The notes under the pieces: model-generated
Databases searched by the model: none
What the model saw: the letters and a program-made list of their open reading frames with translations, nothing else
Told to the model about the DNA's origin: nothing
Position numbers and translations under genes: made by a program
Virus record (IMG/VR): IMGVR_UViG_3300027842_000016
Coordinates: 1-58,094 of that record
Source of the DNA: a virus
Taxonomy: Duplodnaviria; Caudoviricetes
Reading direction: 5' to 3' (one strand)
Length of the DNA: 58,094 bases
Shown: piece by piece, positions 27,267 through 35,259 of the stretch
Layout of the letters: each line of letters begins with the position of its first letter
Position numbering within the stretch: the stretch's first letter is position 1

Positions 27267-27641
27267 TTATTTACCAGCCACTGTGGCCGTTATGTTGGCG
27301 GCGGCGGCAGCCTGCAATCGGCAGTACCGGGCCGCAAAAGTCAAGGACGTTCCCCAGTTACCCGTGGCAAGAGAGACGCTGCTGATGGTGTAAAAATTAA
27401 CTCCATCCTGGCTCGCCTGGATTCTCAGGGGGTTCAGGTTTGCACTCACAGTTCCGAATATGGTTAGCGTGGTCACATACTGGCAGTCAATGATTGCTGA
27501 TGTCGTTCCATTAACCACAGCGGTATTATTCCAGGCATTCGCATGTGCACCTATAGGTACGACCATGTTGGACACCGTGACAGTCCCTGATATAGGCTGT
27601 GTTACGCCGGAATTATCAACCTGCATCGGTATAGTAGCCAT
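27267..27641 (-). CDS. Virion structural protein (beta-sandwich)
   Basis: IQASQDGVNFY...ARYCRL. Confidence 0.65.
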   Translation of the reverse strand: MATIPMQVDNSGVTQPISGTVTVSNMVVPIGAHANAWNNTAVVNGTTSAIIDCQYVTTLTIFGTVSANLNPLRIQASQDGVNFYTISSVSLATGNWGTSLTFAARYCRLQAAAAANITATVAGK

Positions 27642-27642
27642 A

Positions 27643-27978
27643 TTATGCTGGGTGCGTCACAAGATCGACTGTGAACGTGAAACTTGGATTAGAGCCCGAT
27701 ATAGTCCAACTGATCCGAGCGTACTCTGCAATCAATGCCAACGCCGCCGGTGAAGCCGAAGCCGTGGATACGCCGGATACCGTGACGGCTATGTTCCCCA
27801 AATTGTACCAGACCACTCCATCTGGGCTGTGCTGAAGTTGAACCGTCATTGATGGAAGTGTACCGCTTGCGGCGGTCACGTTGACGAACATTCCACAAAG
27901 AGCCATGTTGCCAGTCCCAACGGAAGCACTGCTTCCACTATTCGTCTCTGTCGCGGAGGGGTGAACCAAAATATCCAT
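27643..27978 (-). CDS. Virion structural protein (beta-sandwich)
   Basis: LQHSPDGVVWY...AEYARISW; resembles the neighbouring gene. Confidence 0.65.
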   Translation of the reverse strand: MDILVHPSATETNSGSSASVGTGNMALCGMFVNVTAASGTLPSMTVQLQHSPDGVVWYNLGNIAVTVSGVSTASASPAALALIAEYARISWTISGSNPSFTFTVDLVTHPA

Positions 27979-28589
27979 TATTCCTCTGTCCATTCTACAT
28001 CAATGTTAAATGAGTTGGTCGATGCCGTAACACCGTTTAAATTGACTGCTACCCCTTCACTAGCGCTTCGCAGGACGATGGACTTACCGGGCCGGTCCCC
28101 AAATGTCCATTCTATCCTGTCGGCAGTGCCGGTCAGGTTAGTGGCAGGAATATCTAATTTTGCAACCCGTATGTTTCCAACTGCCGCACCTAACGCCGTT
28201 GGGTTAGCGCTATATGAAAGCACAGTTGCAGTTGCCGCTGCGTCATTAGAGTCCAAGGGAACCTTTGTAACTGCGCTAGAAGTACCACCTGTATTCGTCG
28301 CCGACCGCTTGATCAATACGATGTCACGAATGGCTGCCGTGTTCTCAGTGCCGGATACACCGATCCGAAGAATTTTTATAGTCTTGGTTGCGCTTCCGTA
28401 GATGGTGAAGATGTCTGTAGGAGTCAGGGCCGCAACGATTCCCAAAGCGGCTGCGGAGTACGTTGCAGTGAGGTGATCGGCATCCTCAACGAGCGCGGCT
28501 CGTTCGCTTGTAATTCCAAGTTCAAAACCACTCGTGTCATCGACAACCTCGATGGGAGTTGGACTTGCATCCAAACCAAGATCAGCCAT
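27978..28589 (-). CDS. Virion structural protein
   Basis: AGGAGGAG RBS; beta-rich; ends VEWTEE. Confidence 0.65.
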   Translation of the reverse strand: MADLGLDASPTPIEVVDDTSGFELGITSERAALVEDADHLTATYSAAALGIVAALTPTDIFTIYGSATKTIKILRIGVSGTENTAAIRDIVLIKRSATNTGGTSSAVTKVPLDSNDAAATATVLSYSANPTALGAAVGNIRVAKLDIPATNLTGTADRIEWTFGDRPGKSIVLRSASEGVAVNLNGVTASTNSFNIDVEWTEE

Positions 28590-28607
28590 CTACTCCTCCT
28601 TTACGGA

Positions 28608-29258
28608 TTAGTGAACGTGAATCGTACTGTACAGGTCCTGCGCTAAGGCCGGTTCAGTGTTCGTTCGGATAAGCTTCACAGTCATAGCCGAGGTGATAGA
28701 AATCGGCTGAGGAAAACGGAATGACACATTGAGATCACCTTTGCTGGTGAATTTCACGACCTTCGTGGTTTCAGAGCCGGTTGTCCCATACTGAAATTCC
28801 CACTTAGCTTGGCCAGACGCTGCACCATCGAATCCATCAAGATTCACGGTTGATCCGGGTGTGTAGGACTGCGTATTTGAAGCACCAGCAGCAACTGCCG
28901 CTGCGGTATTGTATTGTGGAGAATCCAGACCACTGCCTACAATCGTGACAGGAATTGAAGATTGATCAGACGCCAGAACCACTGGGGTTGAGACCGCCAT
29001 CGTTTTCTGGCCTTGTGTGTTGATGCGGGCCGTAAAAGTCGTATCCGCGAGGCGCGTTGAGAGCGCTACGTCTAAATTGTCAGTGTCAAGCTTAATCTCG
29101 TCGAGATCGACTTTGGAAGCTGCCGTAGAAGTATCAATCGTCGCAAGATGTCCATCTTCCTTGGCAGGATTGATCGTTGTGCCCGTTGAATCGGCAACCT
29201 CTGTGGTGTTGTCAATAGCTAAGCTGCGGATTGGAAGTTTCGCGTCATTGTCGGCCAT
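28608..29258 (-). CDS. Virion structural protein
   Basis: GQKTMAVSTPVVLASDQ motif; structural module. Confidence 0.65.
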   Translation of the reverse strand: MADNDAKLPIRSLAIDNTTEVADSTGTTINPAKEDGHLATIDTSTAASKVDLDEIKLDTDNLDVALSTRLADTTFTARINTQGQKTMAVSTPVVLASDQSSIPVTIVGSGLDSPQYNTAAAVAAGASNTQSYTPGSTVNLDGFDGAASGQAKWEFQYGTTGSETTKVVKFTSKGDLNVSFRFPQPISITSAMTVKLIRTNTEPALAQDLYSTIHVH

Positions 29259-29259
29259 T

Positions 29260-29463
29260 TTATGCTCCTAGGAGTTCTAATTGATGCTGCGTCTCGGCCA
29301 AATCTTTTTGGGCCGCTGTCTCGTTCTCTGTAATCTTTGTCAACTCGTCCTGCAACGTGAGGCGACGTTCCTCGATGCGCTGAAGCTGCAACTGCATCTC
29401 AAGGATGTGGGTCTTTAGGCGGGCCTTCGCAAGGTTCTTGGTGATGCCGATGTCCGCCATCAA
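29260..29463 (-). CDS. Small coiled-coil protein
   Basis: Heptad pattern. Confidence 0.6.
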   Translation of the reverse strand: MMADIGITKNLAKARLKTHILEMQLQLQRIEERRLTLQDELTKITENETAAQKDLAETQHQLELLGA

Positions 29464-29864
29464 TTCGTCCCTCCCAGGATGTTCGCTTTGAAATGTCTCG
29501 TCGCCGTCTTGTAGTGGATGATGCTAACCGTCACGACCTGTGCAGCCACGGCAACCACAGGAGCGCCGTCAAAGTCCACGTCCAACGTGATCTGAGCCGC
29601 CGTGGTCCATCCTCCACCCTTCTGCACGCCGTCCACGCGGATGAACACCTCGCCCACGTACTCTCCCCAGCACATAGCTCCCGTCAAATTCAAAGTCTTT
29701 CCGGCTGGCACAGTGTACGAAACGATGGTCGTCTCCGTAGCGTAGGGAACGTCCACCTCGCCAAAGACGTTGACCGGCGTCCCAAACTCGCTGACGACCG
29801 TGACTGGGACCGGGTTTGCGGGAGGGTTGTCAACAAAGACATCAGACTGATCAAAGGAACTCAT
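29460..29864 (-). CDS. Virion structural protein
   Basis: YTVPAGKT motif; beta-rich. Confidence 0.65.
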   Translation of the reverse strand: MSSFDQSDVFVDNPPANPVPVTVVSEFGTPVNVFGEVDVPYATETTIVSYTVPAGKTLNLTGAMCWGEYVGEVFIRVDGVQKGGGWTTAAQITLDVDFDGAPVVAVAAQVVTVSIIHYKTATRHFKANILGGTN

Positions 29865-30469
29865 GTCGTTGTTTTCACCATCAGCTTATACGATGGCGCT
29901 CCATTGATGTACTTCATGAAAATGTGAGTGGCGTTCGTCTTGTCGAGTACCGTTGACTGGCTGGGCTCGATCAGACCGTGATTGTTTATCCCATCCCAGC
30001 TATAAACGATACTCTTCAACCCAGTCATCTCCCGATTCTGGATCGTGATGTGCCGCGACGTGAGCGGGAACTGGAACACCGTAAACGTTGTCATCAGGGG
30101 CGTGATCGTGTCGTCCGCGTAAAATCCGTTGAAGTCCGGCTGCGCCCCGCCCGTCATGGCGGGACTGGACCCAGGCACATTCACGTCCGTCGAATGACCA
30201 GCTGCAATGGTGACAGACGTATAATCCCCAGCGCTCATCCCAGTCGGCGAGGGGATGGTCGCGTCTATCGCGGCCTTCACCTGCGCGTTCGTTGACACAC
30301 CGCTTTGAATCGTTACGAAAATGTTGTGGCTAGAGTCCGTGGTCGCTACTTCCTGCCCAGCTGTCCCGCCGCCCACAAGGGTGATGATCGGGTAGTAGCC
30401 CCACCGCTTCGCAGTGAACGTCATGAAGTTCAACGTCGATGTCGGAAAGACGTAACTCAGAACGCCCAT
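29861..30469 (-). CDS. Virion structural protein
   Basis: Thr/Gly-rich; structural module. Confidence 0.6.
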   Translation of the reverse strand: MGVLSYVFPTSTLNFMTFTAKRWGYYPIITLVGGGTAGQEVATTDSSHNIFVTIQSGVSTNAQVKAAIDATIPSPTGMSAGDYTSVTIAAGHSTDVNVPGSSPAMTGGAQPDFNGFYADDTITPLMTTFTVFQFPLTSRHITIQNREMTGLKSIVYSWDGINNHGLIEPSQSTVLDKTNATHIFMKYINGAPSYKLMVKTTT

Positions 30470-30485
30470 AGTTTACTAGCTCCAA

Positions 30486-31019
30486 TTATAAATAGATTTT
30501 GTTCTTGCCAGTCGCCTTGTCCAGGTCAAACTTGGCCTTGTCGCGCTCCAACTTCTGACCGTCTGTATCCTTCTTGCGAACATCATCCGCCACTTCCATG
30601 ATCTGATCGGCGGTCATGCCCTGCATACCGCGCTTGTTCTCTTCCTCGGTGACGAACTTGCCAATCTTCCGCACAATAGCGTCCGAGTTGTACCACTCTG
30701 CCTTGGGAACCCGTGACAGGAAAAACCCCGGCCAGACCTTCTGCACCAGCTGTGGCGTTGTCAAGTTTTGTGACAATAAAATTTTAACGACTCGATACCA
30801 ACCACTCTTCAGTATGTGGCCAACGTCATCAACGGTGGTGGCAACTGGAACCCACCCTTTGTCCACTCCACAGACCTGGATGTAGCCCTCCATAGGATCA
30901 ATGTAGTAGATGCCCGCCGCATGGTCCGTCTCCCCGCAGCATATTCGCAGCTTCGGGTTCAATGTCCTGAGACAGCGTTGAAACTCGCTCCCGTACAGCC
31001 CACAGATGGCGCGACCCAT
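30486..31019 (-). CDS. Hypothetical protein
   Basis: 177-aa ORF with GGAG RBS. Confidence 0.65.
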   Translation of the reverse strand: MGRAICGLYGSEFQRCLRTLNPKLRICCGETDHAAGIYYIDPMEGYIQVCGVDKGWVPVATTVDDVGHILKSGWYRVVKILLSQNLTTPQLVQKVWPGFFLSRVPKAEWYNSDAIVRKIGKFVTEEENKRGMQGMTADQIMEVADDVRKKDTDGQKLERDKAKFDLDKATGKNKIYL

Positions 31020-31022
31020 AGG

Positions 31023-31388
31023 TTAATACTCCTCTGATTTGTTTTGAACCTTTTTCTTCAGTTTGTCTAGCGGCATGGTAGCCGCATTCTCGGATTTGCC
31101 GTCGCTCTCAAGGTCCTTCGTTTCCTCAAAATACTTGAACAAGTCCAGGAGGGACTTCGGTGTTTCTACTTCCCCGGCTTTCCCCATCTTGATCAGCTTG
31201 TGGCAGATTTCTTTTGCCTTTTCAAGATGCTCCTCGGCGTGACGAAGGTTGTACTCATAACTATCCTTCGCGTGCTCAAGGCTCATCGCCTTGGTTCCGT
31301 CATCAAGCTGGTAGGAACCCTCATCGGCATACCCCTTGATGCTGACGCCGTTCTCGGCCATTTTATTCCTCGGACTCTTTGATGCCAT
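31023..31388 (-). CDS. Small charged protein with C-terminal NAATMPLDKLKKKV motif
   Basis: ORF track; motif shared with neighbours. Confidence 0.65.
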   Translation of the reverse strand: MASKSPRNKMAENGVSIKGYADEGSYQLDDGTKAMSLEHAKDSYEYNLRHAEEHLEKAKEICHKLIKMGKAGEVETPKSLLDLFKYFEETKDLESDGKSENAATMPLDKLKKKVQNKSEEY

Positions 31389-31734
31389 CTTCTGAGTGAC
31401 CTTCCATGTTGCGCCGCTTCTCGGTCATGTCTTGGACATGAGCCTTAAGCTCTTCCATCTTCATCTCAGAAGTGTTGGGTTTCTTGGATTTGTTCTCCTG
31501 CTTGTCCTGCTCAGCGTGATGCTGAATGTCATGGACTTTGATGTGCACATGGCCGGGACCAAAGTCGTCCTCGCTGTGGTTGTCATGCACATGGCCGTGA
31601 ATCACCAGCTTCACTCTGTCGCCGGGAGCCATTTTGTCTACTCCGTGCAGCATGTGGTGCTCGAAATTCAGGTCACCCTGTTGCTTCTTCTCTGTCGGCC
31701 CTATCTTTGGGTTTGCTGAAGGATAGTCTGTCAT
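31363..31734 (-). CDS. His-rich small protein with C-terminal NTSEMKMEELKAHV motif
   Basis: ORF track. Confidence 0.65.
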   Translation of the reverse strand: MTDYPSANPKIGPTEKKQQGDLNFEHHMLHGVDKMAPGDRVKLVIHGHVHDNHSEDDFGPGHVHIKVHDIQHHAEQDKQENKSKKPNTSEMKMEELKAHVQDMTEKRRNMEGHSEDGIKESEE

Positions 31735-32114
31735 TGCTGATTCTCCTGTTGGTCCTGAGTCTGCTGGAACAAGAAGGACTTGAAGGCATCCATCGGTCCC
31801 ATAGTGATCGACTTGTCTACCACGTCCGGCTTTGTATTGGCGGCTGCCGCCGGGGCCGGAGCCACAGCGTTTTGTACAGCATCGGGCACAACGGTAGCTG
31901 TTCCAGAGACAGGATCGACTCCCGTCACGGTCAGACTAATCCGTTGGCCAGGCCCGACTCCTGCCGGAAGAAGAGCTAAAGGAATCTTAGCCGTTCCAGC
32001 ATCCGCCTTCCCTGGCTGGGCATTTTTTAGAAGGTTGCTTAAACCTGTGAGTGTTCCAACCCCCTGGTCGTTCATACTGTCACGAGCGGGTTTGAACGGG
32101 TCGTTCAAGTCCAT
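31731..32114 (-). CDS. Small protein with C-terminal SITMGPMDAFKSFL motif
   Basis: ORF track. Confidence 0.65.
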   Translation of the reverse strand: MDLNDPFKPARDSMNDQGVGTLTGLSNLLKNAQPGKADAGTAKIPLALLPAGVGPGQRISLTVTGVDPVSGTATVVPDAVQNAVAPAPAAAANTKPDVVDKSITMGPMDAFKSFLFQQTQDQQENQQ

Positions 32115-32117
32115 CGC

Positions 32118-32372
32118 TTAGTAGGAACTCAGGTTCGGTGGAACCATCGGATTCTGGGGCATCCCAGGAACTTGGCTAATCTTGTGCTTCAGCTGCCCCA
32201 TCGGCATTGTCGCCGCGTTGGGCTGTGAAGTAGATTTCTGCTTGTTCCCGGACATGTAGTCGCTCCCTTCGTCCGAGTTCTCTTTGGGCTCGACAGACAG
32301 CATCTCGCCACAGGAAGGACATTTGAATGTCACTTCCTCGTTCGGGTTTTTATTAGGCATCCCGGTCGCCAT
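32118..32372 (-). CDS. Small CxxC protein with NAATMPMGQLKHKI motif
   Basis: FKCPSCGEML; ORF track. Confidence 0.6.
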   Translation of the reverse strand: MATGMPNKNPNEEVTFKCPSCGEMLSVEPKENSDEGSDYMSGNKQKSTSQPNAATMPMGQLKHKISQVPGMPQNPMVPPNLSSY

Positions 32373-32541
32373 AGTTCTTGAGGTCGCTCTGACCGTCAAT
32401 ACCAGTCTCTTCCGAGTTCATCGCATCATAGGCAGAGCCTTGATCGAATCCTTTGGAAGAAGGGCCAACTTCAACTTTCCCGGAACGAAGTGAAAACTTA
32501 TTCGGTCCGCTGGACTTCTCGCCGCCTTTTCCGTCACTCAT
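32353..32541 (-). CDS. Small hydrophilic protein
   Basis: CAGGAG RBS. Confidence 0.55.
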   Translation of the reverse strand: MSDGKGGEKSSGPNKFSLRSGKVEVGPSSKGFDQGSAYDAMNSEETGIDGQSDLKNYGDRDA

Positions 32542-32673
32542 GTTTTTATTTCTCCTGTTTGTCGGCGGGGTTCGTTACACCTGAATCCGCCTGACTTAGT
32601 GTCTGCTGCAAATCTGTGTGGGTTTTCTCCCCGCTACGCAGAGAAGGATAACCCACAAACCTCGGACTAAGGC

Positions 32674-33618
32674 TTATCCGTTGCTGGTCCCGATGACTTC
32701 GACGGCCCGGTTGGAGTCTAAGATCGGATATACCGCATAGCACTTCCACCCGATTGAACCGTTCAAGTTCAGGGGGTCGGCCACACCGCTATCTCCCGGT
32801 TGGTGGACGATTTTCTGAATCCCTTGGTTGGCAACATCGACAGCACCAAAGGCTTCTTTTCCGAACACCCAGCTGTGATACGTCACGGCAGACATCGCCC
32901 CGACGCCAGTGAAGATGTTCTGCGATTCTTGGAAGCGGATGTTGGACATCTTTCCAAGCTCGCCAGCTAGAGCCATTTCATGCACCCGCTCAATGCTGAT
33001 GTACTTGTTCAGCTCGATCCAGCTGGTAGCGTTGCTATCAGACTGCAAGTCGAACGAAGTATGAGGGGACACGATCCCGTGGTAGCAACCATCCTCGAAA
33101 GGAAGGACTGCCAACGAGCGCAGGAACGCTGACGCCCGGCGGAAGTCAACCGCGAGCGCAGGGGTGTTCACAGCGCCTTCGGTCATTGCACCGCCTGTAT
33201 ACTGGATCGTCATATTGCCGGTGAGGGCGTTACGAGCGATGGTATCCAGGGACAGTCCGGCCTGATAGCCAAGCACATCGTGGATGGCTTCAGTGATGTT
33301 GTCATACGCTTCCAGCATAAGCCGGTCAGAGTAAGCAACATACGCTCCGTATTGCACGGGCGTCGCCAAGATTTTCGTGGACTGCCAGACTTGGCCGTTC
33401 GGGTTTACACCTTCGCCTAGAGGCGTGGTGACCGCTGCCTGGTTCACAGGGCGGAGGAACTGAATTTGCGTACCAGACTGCCGAGGCAGGGTCCGCTTTT
33501 CAGCGTTCTCTTGGAAGAACAAAGAGAACATGAGACGGGTCAAGAGCTTGCGATCATAGAAGATCGCGGAAGCGTCATTCAGACCCGACGTGGAAGTAAG
33601 GTTCGTGTTAAGAGCCAT
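32674..33618 (-). CDS. Major capsid protein (N4-gp56-like family)
   Basis: FYDRKLL..LPRQSGTQIQF..LGEGVNP..QYGAY..GELGK..DPLNLNGSIGWK. Confidence 0.9.
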   Translation of the reverse strand: MALNTNLTSTSGLNDASAIFYDRKLLTRLMFSLFFQENAEKRTLPRQSGTQIQFLRPVNQAAVTTPLGEGVNPNGQVWQSTKILATPVQYGAYVAYSDRLMLEAYDNITEAIHDVLGYQAGLSLDTIARNALTGNMTIQYTGGAMTEGAVNTPALAVDFRRASAFLRSLAVLPFEDGCYHGIVSPHTSFDLQSDSNATSWIELNKYISIERVHEMALAGELGKMSNIRFQESQNIFTGVGAMSAVTYHSWVFGKEAFGAVDVANQGIQKIVHQPGDSGVADPLNLNGSIGWKCYAVYPILDSNRAVEVIGTSNG

Positions 33619-33671
33619 ATCTTTCACCTTTCATTTACGAAATACGCGGGAGCGCAAAATCTCCTTATGCA

Positions 33672-33791
33672 CGTTTGTACAAGCTCCAAGGTCCTGGCCG
33701 TCCAAGCCGCCAGCGCATCAATCCTATGTGGGGCGTCCGCGAAGGACGCTTGTCCGTTAGTAATGGACACATGCCTTATCTCGTACAAACG
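33672..33791 (-). ncRNA. Multi-branch structured RNA upstream of the capsid gene
   Basis: 9-bp closing stem CGTTTGTAC/GTACAAACG enclosing TGTCC/GGACA and GCGTCC/GGACGC hairpins. Confidence 0.55.
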
Positions 33792-33852
33792 AGGGGCTTT
33801 GCTTGTTACCAATCATCTTGTCCAATTAAGGGGCCTGTTTGGTAACTTTATA

Positions 33853-33928
33853 TGGTTGCTCGCCTGGGAATCGAACCCAGCCCTCTAGCTTATGAGACTA
33901 GAATGATCATCCAGATCACTTGCGTGCG
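33853..33928 (-). tRNA. tRNA-Met(CAT), atypical, with initiator-like C1:A72
   Basis: 76-nt cloverleaf; anticodon loop CT-CAT-AA; T arm CTGGG-TTCGATT-CCCAG; encoded CCA. Confidence 0.85.
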
Positions 33929-34025
33929 AAATTGGAACCCAGGGTCTATGTAACAAAAACTTCAACTTTTTATTACAGGAAGCGTCGCCTGGGTAACTTT
34001 ATGTTATCACGATAACGCCTTTCGG

Positions 34026-34101
34026 CGTAAAGCGGATGCTCTGCCAACTGAGCTACTCCCCCGATGGAGGAGGCCGGACTCGAACCGGCGACCTATCTGC
34101 T
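34026..34101 (-). ncRNA. Circularly permuted tRNA-like element (T arm, closed acceptor stem, D arm; Val-TAC-like)
   Basis: AGCAGA-TAGGTC-GCCGG-TTCGAGT-CCGGC-CTCCTCC-ATC-GGGGGAG-TA-GCTC-AGTTGGCA-GAGC-A-TCCGC-TTTACG. Confidence 0.85.
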
Positions 34102-34169
34102 AAAATTGTGCCCAGGGGGCCTTGTGAGTATCCCGATTTTACGGGCAGCTGACCCTGGGGCTTTGGTGA

Positions 34170-35186
34170 TTATCTTTGCTGAGCGTCCGGGTGATTCTGA
34201 AGCCACTCGCGCTGTTGCGCCAGTGTCATCTTCCTGAACGCGGCCAGGCCGTCTGTCGGCATACGGCCCGCGCCTTTCCCGGCGCTTGCCACAGTTCCGC
34301 CAGCTGCTTCGGCACGAAGGGCTGCTTGCGCTTCTTTCATCGCATCTTCCCTTGCGGCTTTGGCAATGGCCTCTTTCTCCTTGGCCAGCATTTCGGCCAG
34401 GATTTCCTTCATCTCTGATTCTTTGTAGACCTTCTCTCCGCTCGGTTCGGGAGCCGGGGCCGGTGCAGCCTTGGGATTCTCTTGGAGAGCCAACTCATAA
34501 AGCTGGTCCAAGACCTCGGCAGCCGGTTTGGTGAAGTCCACGCGGGGGTCGCCGTTGCCGGTCGCGCCCGTTGCCAGCTTCACGATGGAAGGATAAAGGC
34601 GCTTCCATTCCGGGTAGTTCTCGGCGTCGTTCTCGCGCCGCGTCCTCTCGATGAAGATGTCCTTCGCCTTGTTCTCGGCGGCAAGGGCTTCCAACTGTTC
34701 CTGGTGCTCTTGGGTCATCGCTTCCCGCTCGCTCTCCACAAATTTCTGAAGGGCTTCGGGGTTCTTCGCCAACTCTTTGTAGTCGATTGGCGTCTTTGAG
34801 AGGCTTGCTAAAAGCTTGTACGTCTTTTCCTGCGCTTCTTTGATCTCGGCCATTTCCTTTCGGAGCTTGGCGTTTTCCTGAGAGGTGCGGACGTTCCACT
34901 TTCTCAGCTCTTCCGGGTCGTTGGCTTCTTTCTTGCTCTTGGGAAGGAACTTCCCAGTGGCCGGGTCTTTCTCGACCTTGCCTTTCTCTGGATCGTCAGC
35001 GGGCTTCTTGTCCGCAGCTGCCTTCTCTTCAGCCGCCTTTTTGTCGGCCTCAGCCTTGTCAGCAGCGGCCTTCGCTTCCGCTTCCTTCGGATCGGGCTGT
35101 GCAACTTCCTCTTGCTTCTTCTCAAGGGCCTCAGCTCGTTGAGCGATTGAAGCCGGGTTTACTGTTGATTCGCTTGCGTGTCCCAT
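34170..35186 (-). CDS. Capsid scaffolding protein
   Basis: Acidic Ala/Lys-rich coiled coil, DPATGKF motif; lies between portal and MCP. Confidence 0.8.
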   Translation of the reverse strand: MGHASESTVNPASIAQRAEALEKKQEEVAQPDPKEAEAKAAADKAEADKKAAEEKAAADKKPADDPEKGKVEKDPATGKFLPKSKKEANDPEELRKWNVRTSQENAKLRKEMAEIKEAQEKTYKLLASLSKTPIDYKELAKNPEALQKFVESEREAMTQEHQEQLEALAAENKAKDIFIERTRRENDAENYPEWKRLYPSIVKLATGATGNGDPRVDFTKPAAEVLDQLYELALQENPKAAPAPAPEPSGEKVYKESEMKEILAEMLAKEKEAIAKAAREDAMKEAQAALRAEAAGGTVASAGKGAGRMPTDGLAAFRKMTLAQQREWLQNHPDAQQR

Positions 35187-35259
35187 TTTGTTTCTCCTTT
35201 ACTTGTTGATTGTCCCACCACAGGTGGGGTCAGGTAAAAATAGAAAGAAACTTCTCCTC

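Noticed and set aside
32546-33812. Track ORFs 32546-32749, 33624-33812 and 33466-33888
   Set aside because: They overlap stem-rich non-coding regions or run antisense to the MCP, with weak starts
34026-34101. Two-piece (permuted) tmRNA, suggested by G3:U70
   Set aside because: A full 4-bp D stem and an anticodon-like stem are present, there is no CCA or processing spacer, and no tag reading frame was recognised
34026-34101. attP site carrying a tRNA 3' half
   Set aside because: No integrase was recognised, and an attP would not explain the complementary 5' half placed directly downstream
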